This document shows, piece by piece, positions 25,434 through 38,389 of a stretch of 64,000 bases of DNA; positions within the stretch are counted from its first letter, which is position 1, and every line of letters starts with the position of its first letter. Position numbers and translations under genes: made by a program. Origin of the DNA: Octopus vulgaris (lineage: Eukaryota); the NCBI GenBank assembly GCA_951406725.2, contig OX597829.1, forward strand, positions 33,046,001-33,110,000, written 5' to 3'. The notes beneath the pieces are model-generated. The model worked only from the letters and a program-made list of their open reading frames with translations. It was not told the DNA's origin and made no database searches.

Positions 25434-27229
25434 GTGTGTGTGTGTTTATATATATATATCAGCAGCAGCAGCATTCTTTATCATCCATTTTCCTTGTTGA
25501 TAAAAAATTTCTTCCAGTGGTGTTGAACACTGGAACAATAAGCAAATGAAATATATCCAGTAAACTATGTTTATCTAACTTTTTGGACAAAATACATATT
25601 GAATATGTTTTGCTGTGGAGGTCTAAGATGAGAGTAAGTCTGTTGCTTTCATCAGTTGGCTTTAAAGACAAGATCCACTCCAGCTAAAGAGAGGCTATTC
25701 TGATCTTATAGTTATCTCCCTTGCTTCTTGATTTTGGATTTTAACACTCTGAGAGAAAGTTTTTTTTTTTTTTTTTTTTATTGTTTGGATAATGTCAGCC
25801 ACAATGTTTAAAATCTGTATTACCCAATACCCTATTGTATTGATATTTATTATACAGAATGCTCCCCTGAGAACCTATTTTCGAATAGATGTTGATCGCA
25901 CACTAGTTACCCTGAAACTTCGAATTTTCCATATAACTCTTGCCAAATTAAGATCTGCTGTTTCCCAGAAAGATCTATTTAGACCAGGGTTCGCCAAACT
26001 TTTTCGACCATCGACTCTCCCCACTTCCTTTAGCCACTTCTTCTGCATCGACCATCCTCCTCATTTAAAATATCTTAATACCCTACCATACCATATCTTA
26101 AATGCATACTAGGTACTGATATTGGCAATTAAAATATTAGCTAAAATATACATGTACAACAAATTAAGAAATTCTATTGAAGATGACACACTTTTTACAT
26201 TTAAAACTACGGATCTAGTCTTTCTCATTCACAAAATGAGCCCCCTTAAATTTTGCTCTGATTGCTTTCAATTTTGGTGTATCGATGCAGCTCTGAATTT
26301 TGATTATGATCAACCAATTTCTGGTCAAACTAAAGGGTCTGACCCGGGCACAGAAACAACAAAAAAAATAGTGTAATAGGCGTAAAACAATTTGTTCACC
26401 TATACAGGCAGTGTTGATTTGATGGAAGTAGCAATCTAACGTACATCATGTACATTTTATCACTATAAAAAATCTTTTGCGCTGGTCATCCAGCAAAAAC
26501 TGAATGCTCATATGTCATCTTCAGCAGCAGATTCCACCACGCATGCATACACACACACACACACATATATATAATTTGAGTACATTTAAACACAAAAGAG
26601 GCAATCCTTAACAGGCAGCCTTACATACTAGAAGTAGCAATCTACACAACCAAAACCACATTTAAGAGCAATTTCAAAGGGAATGAAAAATAAAACTTTT
26701 ACCTTGTTTTTATACAACCGTACCTAGGTTTCATAAAATGGGATTATACAGATGCTCTCACACCTGAGCCTCATACACCCCCATCCTACACTATACAACA
26801 CGAAAGTAACACACCATTGCACTCACCACAAGCTCATTTACACACAACTCTCTCTTCACCAACATACCTAATAACAACCCATAGTGGTCATCATGTACAT
26901 TGGCCCAAGAAACTATGTAAAACAATATTCATATGAGCTTTTTCTTAATGCATATTATTTTGCCTTTTTTTTTTAATACACTAATGTTTCTTTTTCTCTG
27001 TATGTGAATGTTTGCTGACTTTTATAGGCATGTCCCTAGTGTTGCATTTAAATTGTTACTTTTTACCTTTTTCATGACATTTTTTCTATTCATATGCTTA
27101 TGTTTGTAAATATTCAGTACTTTGTTGTTTAAATTTTTTTTTTGCAACATTCATATGTACATTGCACTATACTATTGTGCTTTTTTAGTCAGTTATATCA
27201 CTATAACAATGCCTGTTAAGCTTTTTTGC

Positions 27230-29600
27230 CCGACACCTTGTACATTAGATATTATCTCATGCTCTCTGCACTCATCAGATACAGCTTACCTATATTGGAC
27301 CTATGGTTGGTCAAGTAATTAATAGAAAAGGTTGTCTGTCTTTTACAATGTGCCTACATGCAATTCTGTTGTCCTTGCTAATTTTAGCAACTGTGCTTGT
27401 AAATAGTGCCAGGCACATCTTTAATTTGTTTCCTGGAACTACTGTGAGCTCACATTATATTTGCCAGAATATATACTTTCTGTCATTCTGGGTCTGGCTT
27501 CCATTCTGATATTGCAACGTTTATTCATAGTTATATGGTGTTGCATTTCCTTTTTTACTTGCACTTGTATGAATATTCAGTTCTTGTTGTAAACATGTGT
27601 TTTTGCTGGAAAATTTGTTTAATACTCATTGTTTGTTTTACTATCAACTTTCAGTCTACTGAGGGGTAATGTAGTAAGACATGATAAATTTATTTTTTTG
27701 CTACAGCGCAAGTTGGTTATTTGAGACAGACACTGACCAGTTAAGGTTGGCGTTGCACAAATTCAAACAACTTCCATCCAAGTTGAAAATGCATTTAAAA
27801 GCAGTAAGTTGAAGTTAGTTGCTGTGAAGACATTGAACCATTAACGATGTACTGTCAAGCTTCTTATTCTGTCAGCTTCATCTAGAACCTAGAAGATTAC
27901 TTGTTCAATTTCTTAGTCACTATAACTACTGAGCTAAGTTTTTCTTAGCAAGTCAAAATCATTATGCCCACTTCTTCATTTTGCATTCGTCTCCTTTTGT
28001 AAGCTGTTATGAAGCTTATATCATTTTACCATGTTTGCTGAAATTGACTGCTTCAGCAAGACTAGTTGTCCAGCTTTGTACTATGGGATTAATATCCAGT
28101 ACCAGACTAAAGACCCTGTAAAAATTACTAAGTGCAACCAAATATATTCATGCCTTGCTATGTTGTTCCTGTCTGAGTGAACGTTCAAATTTTGATTGTT
28201 TACACACACAGTGAATATTCCTGTAATATATGTTTGTTTAGTGTTGTTTTGAAACCGTAAATAAAAGTGTCGCATTTTGAACTTGAATACAACTCATTGC
28301 CTTCTGATAATTTTCTGTGTAGCATCTATCAAATATTTATTTTTACTAAAAGATAATGCAATATGAATTAATTCGTTTTACGTTTGACAGAATAATCTTA
28401 ATATTAAAGGGTAAATCCATGTACATAGAAGGTTTTTATAAATGTTTTTATGACAAATATGAATTTAGACTATAAAGCAGTGAGATTACTACATTGTGTT
28501 CTCTATAATTGCAGTAATTTCACAACACCAGTTAATGTTTGCTCACAAGAAAAGCCATAGCTTCCATAGTAATCCTTTCGCTTTAAAACATCACAACATG
28601 TTTAATTAAATATTTTCATAGATGCTGCCACTTGGAGGTGGTAGAATTCCTTCAGTGAAAGTATCATTTAAAGAATTTTCGATGTTAAAGTTTCTTTTGA
28701 TAATATATATTACCATGTCATCAATGTCACATGACTTTACAATAATATGTTTATAGTCGTTTGCCATAATGTTAATTCTGTATAAATAAATAAATATAAA
28801 AAAAGAAAGAAAAAAGAAAAAATGTATATACAACAGGTGTCACAAGAAGTTTTTCACAAAAGCCTCTCAGAAGGCCAATTTTCATTTGAAAAATGATGCA
28901 AACAACTCAGCAGTGTCACACACACACACAAGCCACAGAGTAATCCCACAATAAGATGCTACAAATCTTTTGTTAAATGGTTGAGTGTGTAAAAGTGCTA
29001 GACAACAGTTGTTTTCACTAAAACCACTCGGGATGACAGCTCTCATTTAATGATAATAGAAATATTCTATCAGTATTTGGGATTGATTCCACAGTGAGTT
29101 TTTACAAGACATTTACCATAATATTGGTTATATAAAAACCACAGACAACAGGTGATAAAAAAAGTATTCCACTTATAAGTTTCACTAGGATATAGAACTA
29201 TCTCATATGATACATGGATTCTACCATGGTGTGTTACAAGAATTTTATATAATGTTGGCTATGAAGAAACTCAGACAACAGAAGTTTTATAAAACAAGAT
29301 AGTTGAAGAAACTAACTTATGGAAGTTAAACTCCACAATGTTCATCATTTAGAACATTATGTAAAATAATTATATTGATGAAGTTATCTCCCCGGAACTA
29401 ATCTGCTTTGACTTTATTTTTCCTGTTGTGTCTGGTTTTTCAATATCATTGAATTACCAGTGGCATGGCTATATTACCCTACAAGATACCAGAGACATAA
29501 TACATTATTATATATGTAGGAGGTTTATTTAGACTGAGCAAAATATTTACAACTACGCAAGAAACAAAATACTTTGAGGCTCTGAATATATGGTATGGTT
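27230..29600 (-). mobile_element. Highly decayed Penelope-like retroelement
   Basis: Only scattered motifs remain on the minus strand: EFY (~28645), LTGQCL (~27725-27745), CRH..K (~27345). Downstream is a relic hammerhead, CTGATGA-GTGC-AGAGA-GCAT-GAGA, at 27278-27255. Boundaries uncertain. Confidence 0.45.
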
Positions 29601-29716
29601 GCTACAGCTTAACTAAATGGTCATGCAGACACTAAAAATGTTTAAAACATATTTCTATTTTAAACAACTTTTTTAATTAACTAAAAATAACTATTGCTAT
29701 TTTGTTGTCGTTTCAG

Positions 29717-29815
29717 TTCTCAGTGGATTCAAGAATGTACGCCAGTATTCTCCAGCAGCAAAAATCACAACACATTACACAATCCATCCAAGAAAAGATG
29801 ATGAACGATGGAAAG
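29717..29815 (+). CDS. ETFDH: ETFDH coding exon 2 (LSGFKNVRQYSPAAKITTHYTIHPRKDDERWK)
   Basis: tttcag acceptor and AAG|GTACG donor. ITTHYTIHPR..D.RW matches the conserved ETF-QO N-terminal motif. Confidence 0.92.
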
Positions 29816-30707
29816 GTACGAGCATCCTGTTTGTATATACATCTATCTTCATTTAACATGGGCGTTTAGTTCCAAAACACACTGTGTTAAATGAATCAGC
29901 TATAAATAAAAATAGAACGTTTGGGAAAAATAGGTTTTGTTCCAAAACCCCCACTTGTTCCCTAACTTACCCAAATAACACCATCAAACAATTTTTAAAC
30001 ACACATAATGATAGTGTTTTATGGTTGGTCTAATATTTAGAGCAAAATTTATGTTCAGTAAATAATAAATACGCTCATCTCCATTCTTTGTTTGGATTAA
30101 ACGCTTTTATATTTTTTCCATTCACTGGTGGCATGTTGATGGGTACATTGTATGTAAATCCATATAAAAAATACCCAGACTCACAACTTGATAATGTAAA
30201 CACAAGCAATAATCTGTGCATTCTAGGTAACTGAGCATTGTGGATGATTGCTGGAATGTGCTTTTGTGCACCAAACAGAATCTTTTACCAATTGCTAAAC
30301 CATCTGTGATAAATGAGAATAGATGTAAATGTATGGCAGTTGATGAGAAGTATGCTGGTGTGTGCATGTGTAGAGGCTGTTTTTTTTTTTTTTTTTCATT
30401 AATATTAACAGGTTCCATGGAAATCCCACATTTTGTAAATCTTATTTCTATTTTGATCCTAAACTTATAGTTATTCATAACATTGTTTCATTATGCTAAA
30501 GATTTCATGATTTTGTTCCATAGTTAAAGATTGCTAAAAGTATAATGCTCAAGCACATGTGACAACTGAATATTATAACTGTTTTGAATGTGCAAAAATA
30601 ATTTAGATAAATTTTGTCAGTTGTAAATTTTCTTCTGTTAAGTGATCAGTGATAATGCTAAACTGTTAGCATTAACTTAAAGAGTTTTCAGCATATAATG
30701 AATATAT

Positions 30708-30983
30708 ACGGAGATGTACTCGCATAGCAAGTGATTTGATCTGAGATCGTGTGCTGGAACGAAAACAATTGCAGCGTGGAAGGTGTTTGTAAGCCATTTA
30801 AGAAACACACAAAAGCTGTTCACTGACAAAAATCCATGATGCAGCATGGATTTTTGTCAGTGAACAGGTCGCGATCTTATAGCGATGAAAATATTTTGAC
30901 AACTTAAACTTAAATGTTGAAGTGAATCAAATGGCTTTTGTGTGTTTCTTAAATGGCTTACAAACACCTTGCACGCTGCAATG
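30708..30983. mobile_element. Penelope-like repeat in nested inverted arrangement
   Basis: Outer ~48-bp IR at 30769-30816 / 30934-30982. Inner perfect 23-bp hairpin CTGTTCACTGACAAAAATCCATG-atgcag-CATGGATTTTTGTCAGTGAACAG at 30816-30867. Confidence 0.75.
30854..30902 (+). ncRNA. Candidate minimal hammerhead ribozyme with G3-C8 core variant
   Basis: UUGUCA-GUGAACA-G-GUCGC-gaucuuaua-GCGAU-GAAA-AUAUU-U-UGACAA: 6-bp stem I, 5-bp stem II, palindromic stem III AAUAUU. Confidence 0.55.
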
Positions 30984-31045
30984 AATATATAAACTCTTTT
31001 TTATCTACTGAGTACCTTGTTTTCTCATTTGTACATGTTTGTGTG

Positions 31046-31093
<48 letters not shown>

Positions 31094-32499
31094 GGGGATT
31101 TAATTATTACCAAGCCTGTATAATTATATTTGTACATGTGTGCAAATGAATGGTGAAGCACAAATTAGAAGCCTGATATATCTACACTATAAAGAACAAT
31201 CAATTGCTACAAATCTCAGCTGTAAATTACTTCAGGTAAGATTATATAATCTTCATGGATATTTACAAAGATTTTTTCCTATGATATATTCAAAAGAGAA
31301 AGGAACATACCTGACTTTTTCAAACCCCCTCAGACTAGTGAGATTGTAGGGAAAACACAGAAAATTCCTGAGGGTGACAGTTCTAGGCCCAAAGGACTAA
31401 GTGAGATGTTTAATGCATATATGAGAAATGAAACACAGTATGTGTGACAAAAGGTAAGCTTGATTAAAGATAATATACAGTTATCTCAAAGAAACAAAGG
31501 CTGTTGTAGTAAAAATAGAATAGGTAGAGAGAGAGAAAGACAGAAAACAGTACGTTTGTGAGCCAGTGAGTGCAGTATTTTACAGGTGAGTGAATAATTG
31601 CTAATTAATGGAATAGCTGTTCCTTCTTAAAGTAGAGTGAAACAGCTTGGATTGATGATGACAATGATTTCAATATGGAATAGCTTTCACCTGGCTGTGG
31701 TCTTGTATTTTATATGTGTATGTGGGCACAGTACTATGCTGGATACAGGAGCTGTTAGATCCAGTTGAAGATCTTGTGTTGTCAAGAGTCTGCAGTACTC
31801 AAAAAAGTATTTCATTGCTCTGAAGAGAAATTCTCAGAACAATTCTTTTGTAGTGACTTAGATGGGTTTTAGTTGTAGATTATTCATGACTATAAATGCT
31901 GGCATAACTGAGTGGTTAAATTCGCTTCACAGCCCCAGAGTCCCAGGTCCCATTCCATTGCATGGCACTTTCGGCAAGTGCAGTTGCCAGAGCCTGAGGT
32001 CAACCCAAGCCTTGTAAATTTGAGTAAACAGAAACTGTCTAGAAGTCCATCATATAGACTGCATCTGTAATTCAAAGGTAAAGCCTTATTCTTGTATCAC
32101 ACTAATTTCTACTTATGAATTATGTTAAGAGTATACATGTTTATGGAATGCTCAGCCACTTCACATGATTCAGCAAGTGGAATATGCCATTTATAAAAGC
32201 TATATCATGAAATCATTGTGGAACCCCATCATTCATAATTATATTATGTGTGGTACAAGTCTATTTCTTAGATATGTGTAGTTATTTTGTTACTTGACTG
32301 GGTTGTCATATCTCCATTGAAGAATTTTCGCAAGATGATTGTTCAAATTGTAAATGTGTGTGAAAAGTTAGGGAAAAGTAAAGTTGTGAAGAGTGTATGG
32401 GATTCACCAGAGTTTATAGAACATTATCACCAACCTCATAAGGATCTTGTTATACAAGAAACAAGAGATGGAAAGATGCTACATGCAGGTAGCTCAGTT

Positions 32500-34850
32500 A
32501 GAAGATTCTTATTCTAGACACAAAGGTCTTTGCTGATGTCAACTATAAAAACATTGCTTTTAATATTTAGAGTAAACCATCTCATGTAAAGTTCTCATGT
32601 AGACAGACACTAGTGAATGACATAGGAGAAGAGCAAGTCTGATCTCACTGTGTAGAAACTATATCTGTAATTACCAAGGGATGACAGATCTTTCAAGATG
32701 ATGAAGGAGGTGATTGCTGACAACTGTTTCCATTACCTGAAATGTAGGGAGGGTTAGAGATGTTACTCTTTTGTGAAATAGAATATACTGTGGCATGTTT
32801 CCAAATAGACTAGGATGCACTTTTGTAGAAAAAGAGGGCTTGGAGTGTTTGGCAAGGGTAGGAACTGACTCTGAATGGCACAGTTTGAGAATGGTGAAAG
32901 AAATACCATCAAGACTATTGCCTTTTCACATTGGAGCAGTTGGATGAGTTTTCTTACATTGTGACTGTGTAAGTGATGATGAAAGAGATAATGCTGGGAG
33001 CATGCCATGCTAAGGTGAAGGCAAAGTGAAAGCTTTTTCAGCAAGTGTGCTGCTAAGAGAGCTTAGTTAAAGAGTTGATGACAAGATAATTATGCAAAGT
33101 TGGTTGAGAACCTCTTGATAATAGCCCAGAAGGCTCTGCTATAATTTAGCACCTAAGAAAGTTAGTAAACTATTCAGTACACAAAAGCATCCTTTGCTTA
33201 TCTGATAGTTATCTTTGGGCATTGGATAAAAGTTCCCCTGTAAATGGAGTAGTGTGAATTTGTCTAAGAGTTTTAAGCAACACAAATGAGGACAAACCTC
33301 TTGAGGATATTGCAATTATAGACTTCAATTATGTTGAAAATGTCATCTACAGAAGAAATATTACTGGAAGCATGGTTTTGGTCATTCACTTTATTTCAGA
33401 CCAAAATGGCAGAGGGAGGGAAATGCATTTGCTTCCAGATGTAGTGGAACTTGATCAGTTAGCTGATTTGGTAACAGAAGATATGAGATATTTTGTGAGA
33501 AGAGAATACTATGATGTGTTTTAATTTTAATGTCTTATATAAGAAAGAGAAGTGCCCATGACACTTTTTTCTGAGCTTCCAAAACTGGTGATAGGAAGAA
33601 AGAGAGGAAGAAATCACCACAGTGCATTATGATATTGCATACATTCAGAGCTGGTCTGAATATATGTAATAAAGTGGACTTCACTAAAGGCATTAAACCA
33701 AGTGACAGATTAAGTTTACCATTTAAGAATTGTTATACTTCATTTGACTGACTTTCACGCAGTTTCTTTCTATCAAACTTCACCCAAGTTGAAACTATAT
33801 GATTACAAAGCAGACTTCTAAACCACCTTGGACATCTGTGCACCTTTATACAACATCAACCACCTCCTTTCTCTAATTTCCATACAACAACAAATGTACA
33901 TTCACCATCTATAATACTGGCTATAAATAAACAGACTAAAAGTATAGTGTCCACAAATCCACAATCTTCCTTTCTATCAGCAACTCCAAAAAGTTTCAGA
34001 CATGTCTAATATCTAACAATCATTTTCAACAATTAAAGCAGTCTAATGCAGGGAAAAAAATTACAAGAATATTTCTACAACATTCTTCACCGAACATAAA
34101 ACATAGTCAAAGAAGGCAAAATTACACACACTTTAAGAGCATTTGAAACATGATTAGTGTTTTTGTCTATTCAGCAGTATTAGATAAGACAGTGGAAGCA
34201 AAGACAGTATAATGCAGAGATTAGTTTGGGGTTTAAGAATAACGTATTGATCAGAAGTATTTGGTGTGTCTTTCAGAAATATGTGTAGAAGTGGAGCTAC
34301 CAGTTGATGTTGATAATTCGACCTCCCTGCTAACAGTACCTGTGTTGTGGGTGGGAAAAACATGATTTATAAAGATGAGTTGTGTACATTGAAGTCCCAA
34401 ATTGTGATGACTTCAAAGAGAGGTGAGGTGAAATTGAGGTCTTCAAGGTAGGAAGTGAGATAGTCAAACAACTGGTGATGATTGAAAGAATTTGGGGAAT
34501 TGTAGAAATAACATACGAAGTTAGAAGAATAAGATGGAGAGACTTTTAGACAGAATAACTGAAAGTCATTATTACTGAAGTCCACTACTGAATATTGGAA
34601 AAAAGTTATCTTTGCATATACGGAGGTCTTAATATGAAAACAGTACAAGATTTACAAGATGATAATTTTGTCAAGCATTTTATGTTTCTCAAATTAAATA
34701 ATTTCTATTTTCAGTTTTTAACTTTAATACTTTTTATCAATAGCTTTTCTTCTATGGAGTCTAATCACAGTTTGTAAATAAATAATATGAAAAAAGAGCT
34801 TACTTGTCAAACATGTGCGTTATTGTAGTGACAAAGTTATCTCCCCTACA
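32500..34850 (-). mobile_element. Decayed CR1/Jockey-group LINE fragments (endonuclease and linker)
   Basis: ORF 34367..34648 ends ITIWDFNVHN (APE GDFN motif) after YNSPNS; the next ORF carries PDTS/LK-like APE remnants. Heavily mutated. Confidence 0.5.
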
Positions 34851-36257
34851 TTGAAAGTAAAAATCCAGAATCCAAAGAAACTAGCAATGTGTCAGAATCG
34901 ACAAAAATTAATTCATTAAGAGTTACTAACGTGGAACTTAATTCACATAAGGATATATTGAACAAGTTTAGCAGCTTCAAAAAAAAAATGTGCAAACGGT
35001 TGTCACAGGATTCAGATAGTAATATTCTATCAATGAACTTAATACTGCTTTGAAGAACTTGTCCACCTATTTATTATTGTTGCTCCTTAGCCCTAGGTCA
35101 ACTCTGATCAAATAAACCTGTTATTAAGGACATTTTTCCTATGACCATGCTGTATTTTGCCTACATACAGGTAACTCAAGACCACATTATCCAACATGTC
35201 CTTTTCTAAGATGGTATTTGTTGTGGGGCTAGTCACCATGCAGAACAGTGGCCTCCAGTGTTTCTGTGACCTCATCATCCTATCTCCTTTAGTTTGATAT
35301 GCAACACCCTTGGTTTATTCTCACAGAAATTTAAACCAAAGAAGAAAACCTGCTATGCCCCAAGTGTGTTTTTGCAATCTTTCTAAAATCTTGCTTTTAA
35401 ATACAGACATTGGTTTTTGGCTTTTTTTTTAACTGTATAATTTAATTTGATGCTTTACACATTCATAACAAATGTTTGTAGCATTCTAGGGTGTCATGAC
35501 ACCCATACTGGAAACCACCAGTGTAGAGTCTCCCGTCTCCCTCAGTTTGTTGTTCACATGGTGATGTAAATCTGTGTGTCATTGAATTAATATGGAATAG
35601 GCCATTATACTCACCAATCATTTAGTACATCCCATAGATAAGAACCAAAATAAAAATCCAAAGAACACACAGTGAGGTATCCGATGAACTCTTGTTTGTA
35701 CATTAGAGGAACTTTACTAGGCATATTTCATACAACTGGAGTTCAAATCAGCACTGCAATTTAACAAAACATGTCTTTTATGTTGTTGTCATCTGCAGTG
35801 GTGAGTTGTTCTTGCCTTGTGGTGTCTTCTTACAGCCAGATCAACTACCAACTACTTGACTAAATGTGCAATACCCTATCTGTGCTCATGCTTCATATTA
35901 ATATCTCCCAAGGAAACAAGCATGAGAATGAAGAGAAGTCTAGAATTTTTACCCCTTAAATTGTTTGAAATTATCTGGACCACTGAGTTATCTATGAGAT
36001 AACTCAACCTGACTTGGCCTGCTAAAAACAGTACCCAAGTTTGCTTCAAATCACATCCTGCTGCCACACAAACAACATCCTTTAGATAATGTAGTCTGGG
36101 GTGTAATGACCTTTGCAGAACCTGGTGCTAAATAAGAACCTGAATGTATGAAATTGACTATTCAATGTCCTTCACTGCACACACTTCCTCTATTCTTTCA
36201 ACAGCATATTTAGTGCTAGAGTTATCCTTATCCTTCTTTTTTTTTTCTTTCTTCCAG

Positions 36258-36410
36258 ATATCGATATGGAAAGATATGCTGATGAAACAGATGTCCTTAT
36301 TGTTGGTGGAGGGCCTGCAGGCTTATCTGCAGCTTGTCGTCTCAAACAGCTTGCAGCTGAAAAAGAAATTGAACTACGAGTAACACTAGTTGAAAAAGCT
36401 GCTGAAATTG
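36258..36410 (+). CDS. ETFDH: ETFDH coding exon 3 ([52 protein letters not shown]; FAD-binding GxGxxG)
   Basis: Polypyrimidine tract + cag acceptor, G|GTTGGT donor, 153 nt, phase 1 to 1. Rossmann motif [15 protein letters not shown]. Confidence 0.96.
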
Positions 36411-36999
36411 GTTGGTAATGTTTTTTATTTTTTATTTCTCTGTATTTTTTCTTTTCTTAGTTATTCTTGCCAACTTTAAAGGTATCATTACCATAAACTG
36501 TTAGAAGATACATCTTAGCAAGTAATGGTTGAAGTACAGTTTTACTTCCCAGTTGTAACACTTTACACATGTGGTGCTCTCATTTGCATGTTTATCAAAG
36601 ATGTGGCTAATCACCCATAAAAGTATATCACTAGTTTCTAAAAAGATTGCATAATTTATGTAATGGTTTACTTTTTATTTTAGTTTTGTATCAATTTTTC
36701 CATGCCTATGTACATAGAGGAGGTTTTGATAAATTTTGCTATTTATTTACTGTTGGAACATTTTTTTTTTCTTCCTTGCTATCTCTGGAAGAAGGGATAA
36801 TACCCATGGCTTTTGCAGGCCCTCCTAAACCTGTGAAATTGATGCCATTAGTTTTTTCCCCAAACTATTGTAAGTCAAAACCTATGGAAAATATATGAGC
36901 AAAAAATTCCAGGGTTTGACATTCTGAAAAAAAAAAAAAGACTGGATGTTGCAATTAGTGAAGGATCAGTGGGTATAACAAAAAGGATGAGAAGAGAAG

Positions 37000-37990
37000 A
37001 ATTAAGTAGGATGGGAATGCCTGAGTGCAGCTGGTGTGAATCCAGCTTGAAGCCATTATAGTAGTTGCAGAAAAATTGATAGACAGTGCATCTGTGGGCT
37101 AGAGGCTGTGAGCGACTTTAAGTTGATCAACCTTTCCTGGATATGGTGTAGGATGTCTGTGTATACAGTAGCAGCACCATCTTAGATGTAAGAATAATAT
37201 TCCATTGTGAGCCTTGCTTGAACTTAGAGTGCTGGTAATTATTGGGGGCTGAAATATCTTCTGGTCCTGAAGAGAAGAGCCAGTCATTGGGATGAGATTC
37301 TAGTTACTTTAAAGACATGCTTGTGCTAGGAGTATTGCTTGATGGTAGTAAGACCCAACAATTGGAGCAATTTTGAGAGCTCTAGCTGAGTGCTGGTTGT
37401 GATTAAGGGGATGTAGTGTGATGATGTTTTTTCTCTTTATATATAAGTAACATTTATGTTGTTGAAAGAGACAAAGATTGACATGTCCCCAGTAGAGGGT
37501 ACATTTAAGGCTTTCATTTGGGGAGTTAGTGTGGATTTGGTGTGTGGTTTTAGGTTGTGTGTGGAGAATGTTTTGGAGAAATGAAGAGAAGTATCATCAG
37601 CATAATGCTGTTATACGTAGTTGGAAGAAAGTTTGTTGGTATGTAGAATGAAGAGATTTTAGAACAAAACCGAAATCAGGGGCACACTAGAGTTGGTAGA
37701 ATGAGGAACAAAAAGATCTCTGACAACATGTGGCTAGAATGCAATGTGGTAAGAAGCTATAAATCCAAGAAGTAAGAGATTGGTGAAGCCCATAGGCAAA
37801 AAGTTTTAATTGGGGATTTACATGCAGACACAGGCAAAAGTTTTGCTGATATCAATTGTGACAATATTGCTTGCACTAGATTATTCTAAAGCAAGAGTTG
37901 ACTGGAGAAGACAGAGGAGAAATAAGTCACCAATAGATCTGGCTTTATGGAAACTATATGCATTCAGCTCTTTTCAATCCACTTCTGAGT
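37000..37990 (-). mobile_element. Decayed CR1/Jockey-group LINE RT fragment
   Basis: Minus strand HYADDT at ~37590-37607, preceded by an SSVP..SVL-like motif at ~37660-37695. Confidence 0.55.
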
Positions 37991-38003
37991 GAATCCTCTG
38001 CAT

Positions 38004-38389
38004 AGGCACATGTGGCTGTGTGGTAAGAAGCTTGCTTCCCAGCTATACGGTTCTGGGGTTCAGTCCCACTGTGTGGCACTTTGGACAAGTGTCTTATACT
38101 ATAGCTTTGGGCCAACCAAAGCCTTATGAGTGGATTTGGTAGATGGAAGCTAAAAGAAGCCTGATATGTATGTGTATTTATGACCGTGTGTCTTTGTTTG
38201 TTCACCTACCATTGCTTGGTGTGTTTACATCCCTGTAACTTAGCAATTCAGCAAAACAGAAAAATAGAATAAGTGTTAGGCTCACAAAGAATAAGTCCTG
38301 GGGTCGATTTCTTTGACTAAAAATCCCTTTAAGGTGGTGCTCCAGCATGGTCACAGTCAAATGACTGAAACAAGTAAAAGAATAAAAGA
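38004..38389 (+). mobile_element. tRNA-derived SINE, family A
   Basis: GTGGCTGTGTGGTAAGAAGC...GGTTCAGTCCCACTG...GAGTGGATTTGGTAGATGGAA...GGTGCTCCAGCATGGTCACAGTCAAATGACTGAAACAAGTAAAAG. More decayed relatives at ~14160-14440, ~31895-32070 and ~53240-53600. Confidence 0.82.
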
